Positions 47,827-59,500 of a stretch of 64,000 nt of DNA are shown here, in pieces. The stretch comes from an uncultured virus (IMG/VR IMGVR_UViG_3300044530_000636) (taxonomy: Duplodnaviria; Heunggongvirae; Uroviricota; Caudoviricetes): the IMG/VR virus record IMGVR_UViG_3300044530_000636. One strand, written 5' to 3'. A program made the position numbers and the translations under genes. Position 1 is the stretch's first letter. Each line of letters begins with the position of its first letter. Below the pieces are notes generated by a model that ran no database searches, was not told the origin of the DNA, and was given only the letters and a program-made list of their open reading frames with translations.

Positions 47827-48114
47827 ATGTCATACGCTCATAAACACGGCGATCAAAGATCATGCGGAGCCACTACGGTGGTTTCCGGACAGTCGTTTGT
47901 TACGATTGGTGGGCAGTTGTGGGCGGTCGAGAACGATCAAAATACCCATGGTCATGGGGAACTGATAGCTTCTAAGACGTTTATTAAAATAGGTGGCAAA
48001 TCTATCATTATTAATAACGATAGCGCCCAGCAAGATAATTTGTGCCCCACAGCGGGCGGTGAGCATTGTAATCCTAAAGCCGTTTCTACTAGCGGTTTCG
48101 TAGAGGTAAACTAA
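47827..48114 (+). CDS. PAAR-like spike tip (gp5.4-like)
   Basis: H..GD.R.CG, V.I.G, H..G, HC.P; late promoter at 47818. Confidence 0.75.
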   Translation: MSYAHKHGDQRSCGATTVVSGQSFVTIGGQLWAVENDQNTHGHGELIASKTFIKIGGKSIIINNDSAQQDNLCPTAGGEHCNPKAVSTSGFVEVN

Positions 48115-48537
48115 ATGGTCACTAGAGCAGAAACGCTAATAGGTTCTAATAAGAAAATAGAATATTTTTCTGATGTTCCTAATGGGTTCACAAAAACTAT
48201 ATTTGGCAATGAACTTACAAAAGTTGTCAATGAACGTTCGATAACACAATCTATCAAGAACCTAGTTTACACTAACCTTGGCGAAAGATTGTTCCAACCA
48301 ACGGTTGGTTGCGATATTACTTCTATGTTATTCGAACCAAATTACAGAGATTATGCTTCAGAGATAGAATTGTTTGTTAGAAGCACAATATCAAATTTTG
48401 AGCCTCGAGCCGAAGTAATTGAAGTTCTTTTTCCTGACCCTCAAGACGAAAATTCTGTTGAGATAACATTGATTTATCAAGTAATAAATAACCCAGAACC
48501 TATTACTCTTAATTTAGTCCTAAAAAGAGTCCGATAA
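48115..48537 (+). CDS. gp25: Baseplate wedge subunit
   Basis: SIKNL..T..GER.FQP..G, LFEP, FEPR. Confidence 0.92.
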   Translation: MVTRAETLIGSNKKIEYFSDVPNGFTKTIFGNELTKVVNERSITQSIKNLVYTNLGERLFQPTVGCDITSMLFEPNYRDYASEIELFVRSTISNFEPRAEVIEVLFPDPQDENSVEITLIYQVINNPEPITLNLVLKRVR

Positions 48538-50400
48538 ATGGCAGCAAACAGCTCACTAAATCTTAGCTCTCTCGATTTCGATACGCTAAAACAGAATTTA
48601 AAAACCTTTCTAAAGTCGCAGTCAGTTCTTAAAGACTACGATTACGAAGGTTCAAACATGAACGTTCTCTTGGACGTTCTATCATATAACACATATTTGA
48701 ATTCGTTTTACCTTAATATGATCGGATCCGAAATGTTTTTGGATTCCGCTCAGAAATATGACTCTATTATTTCTCACGCCAAAGAATTAAATTACACCCC
48801 AAGATCTTATTCTGCTGCTGTTTCTAACGTTAATATTGCGTTCGAGACCACAGGTATTTCAACCACTACTGGTATTCTTTCAGTTCCAAAAGGAACTAGA
48901 TTTTTTGGGACAAACTCAAACGGTACATTCCAATTCGTTACCACAGACACTCAAACTTATGCTTCAACTAATGATACATTTTCTGTAGCTAATCTACAAA
49001 TTAAAGAAGGTTCATATAATAACGAATCATTCTTGGTAAATTACGATATCGAAAATCAAAGATTCATTTTATCAGACCCAAAAATTGACACTGACACTAT
49101 CAACGTTTATGTTGTAGAAAATTTTGGAGCTTCAAACACACTATTTACCAAAAAGCCAACATTGTTTGGTCTAGATTCTACATCTAACGTTTACTTCTTA
49201 CAATCTACTCAAAACGGTCAATACGAAATTCTTTTCGGTGATGGCAATTTCGGTAGAAAACCATTAAACGCTTCAACAGTTCTTGTGGAATACATCGTAA
49301 CAAACGGTTCTGATGGTAATGGTATTTCCGAGCTTACAATTTCAGACGACATTGGTCCTTCCAATGGTGGAACTATTGTTTCTGCTCCAGTAACAGTCTC
49401 AGCTAATTCTTCTGGTGGAGCCAATCAAGAGAGTATCGATTCTGTTCGTTTCAATGCTCCAAGATATTTTGCAACTCAGCAAAGAGCAGTTTCATCAGAC
49501 GATTACGCTTCGCTAGTTAAAAACAATTTCCAAGGTCAGATAGCTGACGTTGCTGTGTTCGGCGGAGAAACGCTTCCAGAAAAGAAATATGGTAGAGTTA
49601 TTATTTGTCTGAAACCAACAGCGGGCGAAATTGCACCAAATTATGTAAAAGAAACTATCGTAAGATATCTTCAGGATTATATTGCTCTGCCAAATAGAGT
49701 AGAAACAGCCGATCCTGACTATCTTTATGTTCGTTTGGATTCATCTGTTCAATATGACCCGTATTCAACAGATAAAACAGTTTCTGATCTTAGAAATATT
49801 GTTTTGTCGGCTATTAATGTTTACAGCGATCAACACTTAGAAATGTTTGCTGCCGATCTCAGATACAGCCGTCTTGTGGCTCATATTGACGACAGCGATA
49901 GTAGCGTCGTAAGCAATCAGACAGATTTCCGTATTATTAAGAGAATGGCTCCTCTTGTGAATAGAACTTATAATGAGACGCTCTATTTCAATAATACAAT
50001 TTACTTAGAGAATCAACCAACGTATTCTCAGAGTCATATTGCATTTCATGGATCTGATTATAATGTTCATTACGCTCATGCATCAGTGATTTCTTCACAG
50101 TTTACATATAATCATACTGACGGTGTAGCGTATCCATTTAGTTATTTTGAAGACGATTCTCATGGAAATATGGACATATATACTCTAGTCGGTAATCAGG
50201 TAACTAAATTAGCAACTATTGGCACTGTAGATTATATTTCTGGTATTGTAAAACTTAACAGCATTAATATAGCTTCTTATACTAGTCATATTTCTGTTTA
50301 CGCTAGAACAGCTGATAGGGATATTTTTGCTGGCCCAAAAAATATTCTTGTGATCGATCCAAATGATGTTACGGTTACCATAGAAGAGAAAAGAAACTAA
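48538..50400 (+). CDS. gp6: Baseplate wedge subunit
   Basis: LDFD.LK, DYDYEGS, EMFLDSA, FGDG..G, QQRAV..DDY. Confidence 0.93.
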   Translation: MAANSSLNLSSLDFDTLKQNLKTFLKSQSVLKDYDYEGSNMNVLLDVLSYNTYLNSFYLNMIGSEMFLDSAQKYDSIISHAKELNYTPRSYSAAVSNVNIAFETTGISTTTGILSVPKGTRFFGTNSNGTFQFVTTDTQTYASTNDTFSVANLQIKEGSYNNESFLVNYDIENQRFILSDPKIDTDTINVYVVENFGASNTLFTKKPTLFGLDSTSNVYFLQSTQNGQYEILFGDGNFGRKPLNASTVLVEYIVTNGSDGNGISELTISDDIGPSNGGTIVSAPVTVSANSSGGANQESIDSVRFNAPRYFATQQRAVSSDDYASLVKNNFQGQIADVAVFGGETLPEKKYGRVIICLKPTAGEIAPNYVKETIVRYLQDYIALPNRVETADPDYLYVRLDSSVQYDPYSTDKTVSDLRNIVLSAINVYSDQHLEMFAADLRYSRLVAHIDDSDSSVVSNQTDFRIIKRMAPLVNRTYNETLYFNNTIYLENQPTYSQSHIAFHGSDYNVHYAHASVISSQFTYNHTDGVAYPFSYFEDDSHGNMDIYTLVGNQVTKLATIGTVDYISGIVKLNSINIASYTSHISVYARTADRDIFAGPKNILVIDPNDVTVTIEEKRN

Positions 50401-53177
50401 TGGATTTTTCACAAGAAAAATTTATATCAAATTTTATTGAGTCTCAGCTTCCTGCGTTTTATCAGGAAGATGGTGAGAACTTTATTCTATTCATTAAAGC
50501 GTATTACGAATGGATGGAAACCGAGAGTTCAACTCACGAAGCGGCTGATGGTGGTCCAATAGTAGAAGCACGTGAGCTTATGGGTTATCGTGATATCGAT
50601 AGCACACTAGAGCGTTTTCTTATTCATTTCCAACAAAAATATCTTTACGGTATTCCATTCAAAACCATTACAAGTAAAAGATTCCTATTAAAACACATCT
50701 TGGACGTTTATCGTTCTAAGGGTACAATTCAATGTTATCGTTTGCTATTCAAACTTGTTTATGGAGAAGATGTTGAAGTATATCTTCCAGGAAAAGATAT
50801 TCTTAGAGCTTCTGATGGCATTTGGTTAGAACCAAAATATCTAGAACTTTCCGATTCACCAGCTCTTCAAAATTACGTTGGTAAAACTATTATTGGTATT
50901 ACTTCTGGCGCAACTGCTGTTGTTGAGAATTACGTAAGAGAATCATTTTCTGGTAAAATATCTAGCGTTCTTTATATAAGCAATATTTTACCAAGAGGTA
51001 TTGATTTCGTTGTAGACGAGCCTATTGTACTAAAAGGACAAGAAGCAAATGCTACTGCAGTAGCTGCAGCTTCTCATGTTTTGGGGTCGCTTGATTATTT
51101 GGAAATTACTTCTGGTGGCCAGAGTTTCAAAAATGGTGATATTCTAAAAATCGCTTCTAACGACCTTGATACGGGTGTTCGTATCTCAGAGGGCGTGGAA
51201 GGTATGGTCAAAGTTACCGAAACTGCTCTTGGATACGGTTCTTTGTATTTTGATATATTGGAAGGCGGCTGGGGCTTTACCGCCAATGCATCAACATTTA
51301 CATATAGAGGTTTAAGAGACAATTACGGGCAGGGCGCTTCTTTTGATATAGGTTCAATTATCTCTCCTCAAGAAGTTACCTATAACACTGACCTCATTTG
51401 TAATATGGTTGACGTTAATACAGCCATTAATGCAACTTCTTATGGATTCCCAAACAACCCAGGAGCCAATTTAGTTTCCGCTATAGGTTCAAATGTGAGT
51501 TTGAACGCTATTTCTTATTCCGGAACTCCATTAGGTTACAACAATAACGATGTTATTATTTTCGTGAACGACCAACCAGGTGGTGTTAACGCTGTTGTTA
51601 CCATGTTAACAAACGCTACTGGTGGAGCTTTATATTTTACAATTTCTAATGTTGGATCAGCTTTCGTTAATACTAATCCTTCAGTTGTTATTACAAACGT
51701 AGCTCATGGATCAGCTTATGGAAACACCAATACATCAATACTGACATATACGTTTAATACTACCAATGGATGTTTGTCTTTTACAAATAGCGTTTTCGGA
51801 AAAATAGCTAGTCTTTCTAATGTAAAAATTGGTAACAGCTATGTCCAGAGAGCAAACACTTTCGTAAGATCTACTCTCGCTTCAAATACCATGAGAGGAA
51901 ATGTTTCTTACAGTTCAACAAATACTAGAGTTTATACAGTTTCTGCGGTAGGAACAATGTCAGGATACAGTAACACCGATTATGTTACTGTAGTTAATCC
52001 AACAGGCACAAACGCCACTGCCACTGTTTCTACTAATTCTAGCGGTGGTATTACTAGTTTAGTTGTTTCGAATTACGGAGCAAATTTCTCTGCTCCAACT
52101 TCTAATATTATGATTTCAAATTCAACCGGAGGAAATTCTTCTGGATCTGGTGCGCAATTCGAAGCTACATTCTTACCTTATATAACTGGCGTTAACACAG
52201 CCTTTACTACAATTTTCAGTGGTAATAGTGTAATTCAAGTTCAAGCCAATTCTAGCTTATCAAGCACCAAACAGCTTCTTGTAATCAAAGAAGTTGTTAA
52301 CTCAACAAGCATGTTTTTGTATGGTAAACCTACATTAAACTCTACTGCAGCCGCAGTTTATAGAGTTATGCCAACTATCCTTCCTTCTCAGTTTGCTACT
52401 TACGAATCCTTGATGGCTAATCCTGCAGGAGAAGTATATGGTGAAAATCAGAGTATTGACGCCAACTATACAGGCGGTAATGGTGTTGTTGCGCAAGTAA
52501 GACTATACAGTTCTGGTAAAGGATATACAGAAGAAGAATATGTAAAAGCGTATCTTTATGGCGCTATTTCAAATAATGTTAACATTATTAAATCTGGGCA
52601 AGGTTACGCTAATAATGAAAAAATGATTTTTTCGGGAGGGTTTCCTAGTCTTACGGCGCAAGGTTATATCACAACCGACGCCAACGGTTCTATTGTTTCT
52701 ACAACTCTGACCACTGCTGGGTCTGGATACGATGTTATTCCAAATATATCTATTCAGACAACTAACGGTTCTGGCGCAAAACTCGAAGCCACTATTTCTT
52801 CTTTTAACGTTTCTGCAGAAATAACTGGTAGAGTGGTTTTGAGAGGTTATGGTAAAGGAAGGGGTTATTGGCTTAACACTCAAGGTTTCTTGAATTCTAA
52901 TAAATATATTCAAGATAGTCATTATTATCAAGATTATTCTTATGAAATACAAGTTGCTAGAACTTTAGATAAATATAAGAATATCTTATACGAAACTTTC
53001 CATTCTTCAGGCTCTGAATTGTTCGGAAAGTTCTTATTAATAAGCGAAGAACAGGAATTACTGGGAATCCTAGAAGAGCCTACAGAAGCAGATATTCTAC
53101 CTATTGGATATCAGTTCTTGTCTTCGAGCGGTGTATTGCTTTGCGATTCAGCGACAACAGTAGATAGAATTTCTTAA
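50400..53177 (+). CDS. gp7: Baseplate wedge initiator (gp7-like)
   Basis: F.KAYYEWME, YRSKGT, IQDSHYYQDYSY, H..G..LFG. Confidence 0.75.
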   Translation: MDFSQEKFISNFIESQLPAFYQEDGENFILFIKAYYEWMETESSTHEAADGGPIVEARELMGYRDIDSTLERFLIHFQQKYLYGIPFKTITSKRFLLKHILDVYRSKGTIQCYRLLFKLVYGEDVEVYLPGKDILRASDGIWLEPKYLELSDSPALQNYVGKTIIGITSGATAVVENYVRESFSGKISSVLYISNILPRGIDFVVDEPIVLKGQEANATAVAAASHVLGSLDYLEITSGGQSFKNGDILKIASNDLDTGVRISEGVEGMVKVTETALGYGSLYFDILEGGWGFTANASTFTYRGLRDNYGQGASFDIGSIISPQEVTYNTDLICNMVDVNTAINATSYGFPNNPGANLVSAIGSNVSLNAISYSGTPLGYNNNDVIIFVNDQPGGVNAVVTMLTNATGGALYFTISNVGSAFVNTNPSVVITNVAHGSAYGNTNTSILTYTFNTTNGCLSFTNSVFGKIASLSNVKIGNSYVQRANTFVRSTLASNTMRGNVSYSSTNTRVYTVSAVGTMSGYSNTDYVTVVNPTGTNATATVSTNSSGGITSLVVSNYGANFSAPTSNIMISNSTGGNSSGSGAQFEATFLPYITGVNTAFTTIFSGNSVIQVQANSSLSSTKQLLVIKEVVNSTSMFLYGKPTLNSTAAAVYRVMPTILPSQFATYESLMANPAGEVYGENQSIDANYTGGNGVVAQVRLYSSGKGYTEEEYVKAYLYGAISNNVNIIKSGQGYANNEKMIFSGGFPSLTAQGYITTDANGSIVSTTLTTAGSGYDVIPNISIQTTNGSGAKLEATISSFNVSAEITGRVVLRGYGKGRGYWLNTQGFLNSNKYIQDSHYYQDYSYEIQVARTLDKYKNILYETFHSSGSELFGKFLLISEEQELLGILEEPTEADILPIGYQFLSSSGVLLCDSATTVDRIS

Positions 53178-53192
53178 TTAAGGGGATAGAAA

Positions 53193-54983
53193 TTGGTACA
53201 ACAGGTTGTTAACGTAGGTTCAGCGCCAAACGATGGAACTGGTGATACCGTTCGAAACGGTATGATCAAGATCAATAATAATTTTACTGAAATATATACC
53301 ACATACACTATGACTGGTATGGTTACAGTCGGTAATTCTACTGTCAATGCTTCTGTATCTAATGCAGTTGGTTATTATTTCGGTAACTCTACCGCCACGT
53401 TCACAGCTAATAATAGTAGAATTGCTATTACGAACTTCAGCGTTAATTCTTCCCTTGTTAACGCTGCAGCAAACGTAAATATCAGTGGTCTATTAAACGT
53501 AGCCCAGTATCTATTCGTAAATTCCACAGTTCTTACTGTAAACGGTTCGGCTAATGCCTCATCTTTTACTGTAGGTTCAGACCTTGTTGGTAATGCTTCA
53601 GGCGTTTATCACACAGGAGTAATTAATGCAGCTTCTCATACAGTCGGTTCTAGTCTTGTTGGCAATAGCACTGGTATCTACCATACAGGAACGATCAATT
53701 CTGCATCGCACACTGTTGGCTCTAATTTCGTTGCTAATTCTACTGGTGCTTATCATACAGGGACAGTAAACGCTGCTTCCCATACTGTTGGAACTAGCAC
53801 AGTTGCTAATAGCACTGGCGTGTTCACTTCAGGAACAGCTAATGCTGCTATACTTCAGGTTGGCGGTAAACTCGTTGTCAACAGTTCCCAGTTCTCGTTT
53901 GGAAGCGCATTACCCGTTGAAGCCAATGGTAGTACTGGTACTGCAGGGCAGTATCTAACTTCTGATGGAAGTTCAAAGGTTTATTGGTCTTCTCCAGGCG
54001 TTGCCTCTGTTAACACTGCTGGTTATTTTGTTTGGTCGAACACTCATATCTTTAATAAAGATATCCAAGCAAACACTGTTAATGCAGTTTCGGTTACTGT
54101 CGGAAATGTTACAGTAAACTCTTCGATATTCAAAATTCCAAGCACTATCACGCTTGAAGCGAATGGTAGCGTAGGCACATCAGGTCAGCTACTTACTTCT
54201 AATGGTTCTACAGTTTATTGGTCTACTGTTCCTGGCGTTAATACAAACGCAACTTATACTTGGAGCAATTCTGCTACATTTAATGGAAATGTTGTTTTTG
54301 CCGCCAACGTTGTCACAAACACTAATTTATACACCCTTGGCCCAGTTTATATATCAAACATAACTTCTTTCGCTGCAAACGTATTGATAGAAAACACAGC
54401 TTCTGCTAACATTGTTGGAACGGCGGCGTTCAATAACACTGCTACATTTAATGGAAACGTTTCTTTTACATCAAACGCTTCATTTACCAAAGCAACATAT
54501 TTTAGTAATACTATTTCGGTAGTTGGGGCTGCTATCCTTTCTAACACAGCTAATGTTGCTGGTAATTTAAATGTTACTGGTAATTCCACTTTTACTGGTG
54601 TGGTTAATTGCAATGGTGTATCTAATTTCAACGCCAATACTATTTTTAAGGGAACAGTTAGTGTCGCCCAAGCCAATGTTCTCTCTCAAACCCTAACAGA
54701 TGCATCTACTATTAATTGGGATACATCTTCGGGGCAAGTAGCCACTGTAACTCTTGGCGGGAACAGAGCCATGGCGGCGCCAACCAATCTTAAGATTGGA
54801 ACTTATATACTTCATGTCATCCAAGATGGTACTGGAAACAAATCATTGACATGGAATTCTGTGTTCAAATGGACGGCTGGAGTGGCTCCAGTGTTAACTA
54901 CCGATGCTAACGCTAGAGATATTATAATGTTTATAAGCGATGGAACAAATATGTATGGTTCATACCTAACGGACGTTAAATAA
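53193..54983 (+). CDS. gp9/gp10-type baseplate-attached fibre protein
   Basis: NVGSAPNDGTGD..R....KIN.NF N-terminus; TTG start with AGGGGA SD. Confidence 0.7.
   Translation: MVQQVVNVGSAPNDGTGDTVRNGMIKINNNFTEIYTTYTMTGMVTVGNSTVNASVSNAVGYYFGNSTATFTANNSRIAITNFSVNSSLVNAAANVNISGLLNVAQYLFVNSTVLTVNGSANASSFTVGSDLVGNASGVYHTGVINAASHTVGSSLVGNSTGIYHTGTINSASHTVGSNFVANSTGAYHTGTVNAASHTVGTSTVANSTGVFTSGTANAAILQVGGKLVVNSSQFSFGSALPVEANGSTGTAGQYLTSDGSSKVYWSSPGVASVNTAGYFVWSNTHIFNKDIQANTVNAVSVTVGNVTVNSSIFKIPSTITLEANGSVGTSGQLLTSNGSTVYWSTVPGVNTNATYTWSNSATFNGNVVFAANVVTNTNLYTLGPVYISNITSFAANVLIENTASANIVGTAAFNNTATFNGNVSFTSNASFTKATYFSNTISVVGAAILSNTANVAGNLNVTGNSTFTGVVNCNGVSNFNANTIFKGTVSVAQANVLSQTLTDASTINWDTSSGQVATVTLGGNRAMAAPTNLKIGTYILHVIQDGTGNKSLTWNSVFKWTAGVAPVLTTDANARDIIMFISDGTNMYGSYLTDVK
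53560..53850 (+). repeat. About four 24-aa repeats (TVG...N.TG.YHTG.INAASH); ends approximate
   Basis: Visible in the translation of 53193-54983. Confidence 0.75.
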
Positions 54984-56539
54984 TGGGTAAACTTACATCA
55001 TCATTCAGAAAATCTATTTTTGACGAAATTGTTGATAATATTTCATCAAATACTTCTCATTATTATGCATTTGCTGCTGGCGCAGAACCATGGCCAGGAG
55101 ATACACCAACTTTAGCTAATACAGATTATGATGTGTATTTTGAAAACGATTGGCAAATGCATTTTGGAAAAAGATTATTAGCTAATAATTTTTCATCTAT
55201 TGTTAAAAAATATGTTTGGACATCAAACACCGTTTACGATAGATACGACAATACTAAAGATATGGCCAATAGTATGTTTTATGTTATTGCTCCGCCTACA
55301 GCTATCGGCGGGGCTTATCATGTGTATAAGTGCATAGATAACGCTAACGGTGCAGCTTCTATTAAAAACCCTTCTTCGATTGGAACACCAACTCAATCAA
55401 CTACATTCGAAACAACAGAAGATGGTTATAAATGGCGTTATTTGACTTCTGTTTCTACAGAAGATTTTGATAGGTTCTCTACAACCCACTACGCTCCTGT
55501 ATATCCAAACACCACAATCCAAGCTGCGTCTTTAACGTATTCAGGAATCGAAACTGTGGTTGTTTCTAACGTTGGTGCAGGTTACGAAACTTACCATAAT
55601 GGGACTTTACAAGGCATCACCAATTCAACAGCTCTCGTTATTGAATCTAATGCATCTATCAGTCCAGGTCATTATGTAAATAACAGCATTTATCTATACA
55701 GTTCTTCTAATAATGCATACCAGATTTTTAACATTACTGGCTATACAGTAAACGGTCCCGTTAGAACTGTAATTCTTGATTCTGCAGCTAACACTACTGC
55801 TCTTACCGCAGGAGCTTCTCTGTATAAAATTTCTCCTAGAATTTTATTTACGAGCGACACTGCTTCTGGTAATAACCCTACGGCTTACACTACAGTAAAC
55901 ACTGTTACCAATTCTATTTCTGGCGTTGTTGTTCTTGATAAAGGCTCTTCGATTACTTGGGCTAATGCAGTTGTTGTAAGTAATTCTTCTTATGGTTCCG
56001 GGGCCACGGTTTATCCGATCGTTCCTCCTCCTGGTGGTCATGGAAGAGATCCAGCAACAGAATTAGGCATGCAAGGGATTTCTATCTCTTTTACTTTTGC
56101 TAATACTGAGTCTAATACTATTTCTTCGAATGTTGTTTACAACAAAATTGGTTTGATAAAGAATCCTTACTCGTTGATCGCAAACAATCAATCTAAAGGT
56201 TCTAGATATAGCTCAAATACGTTCAGTCAGATCCAAATATCTACCTGTACTCCAGCATATACTTTCAGTAATGCAGACGTAATTATTGGAGCAAACAGCA
56301 AAGCTAGAGCAACTGTCGTCTGGTCTAACGGTTCGACAGTTCATTATGTCGGTGATAAATATTTTATCGATGGTGAAAATATATTAAATACAAATAATCA
56401 GATTGTGACTTCTATAGCCATCGAAAGTAGAGGCGATATTTTCGTAGAAGATTTATATCCCCTTTACGTGCAGAACATAAATAACACAGAACGTTCAAAT
56501 ACGCAGTCAGAAACATTTAGACTGGTAATCAAATTATAA
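54983..56539 (+). CDS. gp8: Baseplate wedge subunit
   Basis: W.S.T.YDRYD, VYKCIDN, DGYKWRYL, PPGGHG.D...EL, R...Q.E. Confidence 0.88.
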   Translation: MGKLTSSFRKSIFDEIVDNISSNTSHYYAFAAGAEPWPGDTPTLANTDYDVYFENDWQMHFGKRLLANNFSSIVKKYVWTSNTVYDRYDNTKDMANSMFYVIAPPTAIGGAYHVYKCIDNANGAASIKNPSSIGTPTQSTTFETTEDGYKWRYLTSVSTEDFDRFSTTHYAPVYPNTTIQAASLTYSGIETVVVSNVGAGYETYHNGTLQGITNSTALVIESNASISPGHYVNNSIYLYSSSNNAYQIFNITGYTVNGPVRTVILDSAANTTALTAGASLYKISPRILFTSDTASGNNPTAYTTVNTVTNSISGVVVLDKGSSITWANAVVVSNSSYGSGATVYPIVPPPGGHGRDPATELGMQGISISFTFANTESNTISSNVVYNKIGLIKNPYSLIANNQSKGSRYSSNTFSQIQISTCTPAYTFSNADVIIGANSKARATVVWSNGSTVHYVGDKYFIDGENILNTNNQIVTSIAIESRGDIFVEDLYPLYVQNINNTERSNTQSETFRLVIKL

Positions 56540-56556
56540 GATAGGGTTAGCCGAAT

Positions 56557-59500
56557 ATGCCTTTAGAAACTGATTTCAATACTTCCCCTTATTTCGACGA
56601 TTATAACGAAAATAAGCAGTATTATAGAATTCTTTTCCGCCCAACTGTAGCGGTTCAGGCTCGTGAGCTAACACAAGTTCAGACCATGCTCCAAAACCAA
56701 ATTGACAAATTTGGTAATAGAATTCTTAGCGACGGTAGCGTGGTAGACGGGTGTGCGCCAACCACAATTAAGAGTTTCGATTTCGTTCGTGTAGCTGACA
56801 ATTTCACTGCTAACGCTAACGCTGTATTTACTTCTGTAAACAATCAGTGCCTTCTTGTAGGTCAGTCTTCAAACGTTAGAGCTGTGGCTATGGTTACCAC
56901 AGCTGGCCTAGAAGTTAATTATCCAGACACTAATCGTTTTCATTTAAAATACTTAAACACTGGTATTAACGGAAACACTACATTCGCTAATGGCGAATTG
57001 ATTAATATTTACGACGAAAATCAATCTAAACTCGGTGTTATTGACGCTAACAATTTAATCAATTCAATTTACGTTATTTCAACAAACACCTCTGTTAACG
57101 CTGTTGGTAAGGGATATGGATTAACAATCGAAGATGGTTGGGTGTTCCAAAAAGGTTTCTTCCAAAAGGTTAACCAACAGACAGTAGTCGTAAGTGATTA
57201 TAGTACAAACGTTTCTGGATATGTTGTAGGGTTCGAGACAGCTGAATCAATTGTAACAGAAAACGAAGACACATCACTATTAGATAACGCCCTTGGTTAT
57301 TCTAACGAAAACGCTCCCGGAGCGCATCGTCTAAAGTTGACACCAACGTTGGTTTCAAGACTAAGAACAGAAGTAGCAAATAACGAATCATTCTTTATTG
57401 CTTTCGAATTTTCAAATATCACCAATGAAATCGTTCTAAACAGAGAATCAGATCCATATTCTGTTCTTGGTGATTTTCTTAACACCAGAACTTTCGAAGA
57501 ATCTGGTGATTATGTAACCAAACCATTCCAGGTGGAAGCAACTTATGCAGCCAACACCTCAAACACAGACGCTTTTGCCTATGAAGTTTCAACAGGCACA
57601 GGCTACGTTCATGGTAAACGAGTAGATTTTATTTCTTCTCTTAAAGTTGACACCGATAAGGCTATCACTACAAGAGAAGCAAACTCTCAGGTAATCACTA
57701 CAAACTATGGCAACTTCGTATATGCAAATGAAGTTATGGGTGCGCTTGACTTTTCTAACTTCATTACTGTAGATCTTTATGACACTCAGCAGTCAACTAT
57801 CTCTGTTGGTGTAGCAGATTACACTTTGAATGGTTCTAAGATCGGCACCGCCAAGGTAAAACAGGTCGTTCATGATGAAGGCGATCCAGGTCTTCCAGGA
57901 ACAACTTACCGTATTTACTTGACTGATATTGCAATGAATAGCGGCAAGAGCTTCATGAACGACGCCAAAGCTATTATCGCCAATTCGTCAATTAATACAT
58001 ATGGCGAATTCCGTGCTGATATTGCTAACTCTTCTACAACTGCGTTTCTAAATCAAAGCGGTAGAACTAATCTAGTATTCCCATTTGGTAAAAAGGCATT
58101 AAGAACTCTTAGAAGTTCAAATGGCGCTGTTAATGCTTCTGAGTTCTATTTCAGAGCAACATCAACTGCCAATCTATCAAATCTTGGTATTCTTTCTGTA
58201 ACATCAAATTCTTCTTATGCTGGTGGAACAGACACTCTTGGCTATCAAGGGTCTTATCCATTCCAACTTGGTGATACGCTAGAAAATGAATTTATTGTAA
58301 CATTCAAAGCAAACGCTACTACTATCAACATTGGTGGTTCTTTTGGTGTAAGTAGCACAACTACTACTCTTACTGGCACAAATCTAACAACTTATTTTGC
58401 TAACGGCGAATATATTAAGATTTTCTCTGGTGGTTCCGGAACAGTGGATTATCGTAGAATTGTTTCTACAAATAGCACTGTTATGACCTTAAATGCAAAT
58501 TGTACCGTAACTAATGCTTCTGCAAATGTTGCTAAGTTCTATCCAGTTGGATATGAAGTTCCTCTAGATGCAACTTATCCAGGTAGTCGTTACGTAAATA
58601 TCACTAGCTCTACAACTTTCGATATTAGCACTGGTTCTGCTAATTCTTCTCTTCCATTGACTACATCTACAACTGCTATGACAGTTCAGTATAAGATGAG
58701 AAGAAGTCAAGCAACACAGGCTAAAAAAGACGTCAATAAAAATAGATATGTTAAGCTAAACCTAGCAAATAACGCTTCTGGGTTTACAGGGCCATGGATT
58801 CTTGGTCTTCCTGATGTTATCAAGTTAAGAAATGTTTGGGGTTCAACGAATTCTTCTTACTCAAATACAACAGCCGAAAATATTACAAGATATTTCGTGT
58901 TGTCTTCTGGTCAAAAAGATGATTACTATGATCACGGAACTCTTATATTAAGACCAGAATATACTGGATATCTTGCTTCAACTCCATATCTAACAGTCGA
59001 AGTCGATCACTTCACTGCTAATCTAAACAACGGTATTGGATTCTTCTCTGTAGATTCTTATCCAACTACAAATTCAGCAGTAAACAATACAACTATTTCT
59101 TGGGCTGAAATACCAACTTATAAAACTGGAAGCTCTACTTACGATCTAAGAGATTCAGTAGATTTCCGTGCGTATAAAGCCAATACTGCTAACAGTTCAA
59201 CCACTATGGCTGGGGCCACTGTAAATCCAGCCACAACTAACTCATTCATTAGCGGAACATTCTCATATCTATCAGAGCCTGATTCTAATTTCCAGGCTGA
59301 TATCGAATACTTCCTAGGGCGTATGGATCTTATCACTATCAGCCAGTCTGGTCAGCTTGGTGTTATTCAAGGCGTTCCTTCAGAAGATCCAAAGAATCCA
59401 AATCCTGAAATTGATTCTATGGTTATCGCAGCAGCTAACGTTGCTCCGTTCCCAACTCTAAATGCTCGTGAACTTGAAACTTACAAGAGAAAAGATCTAG

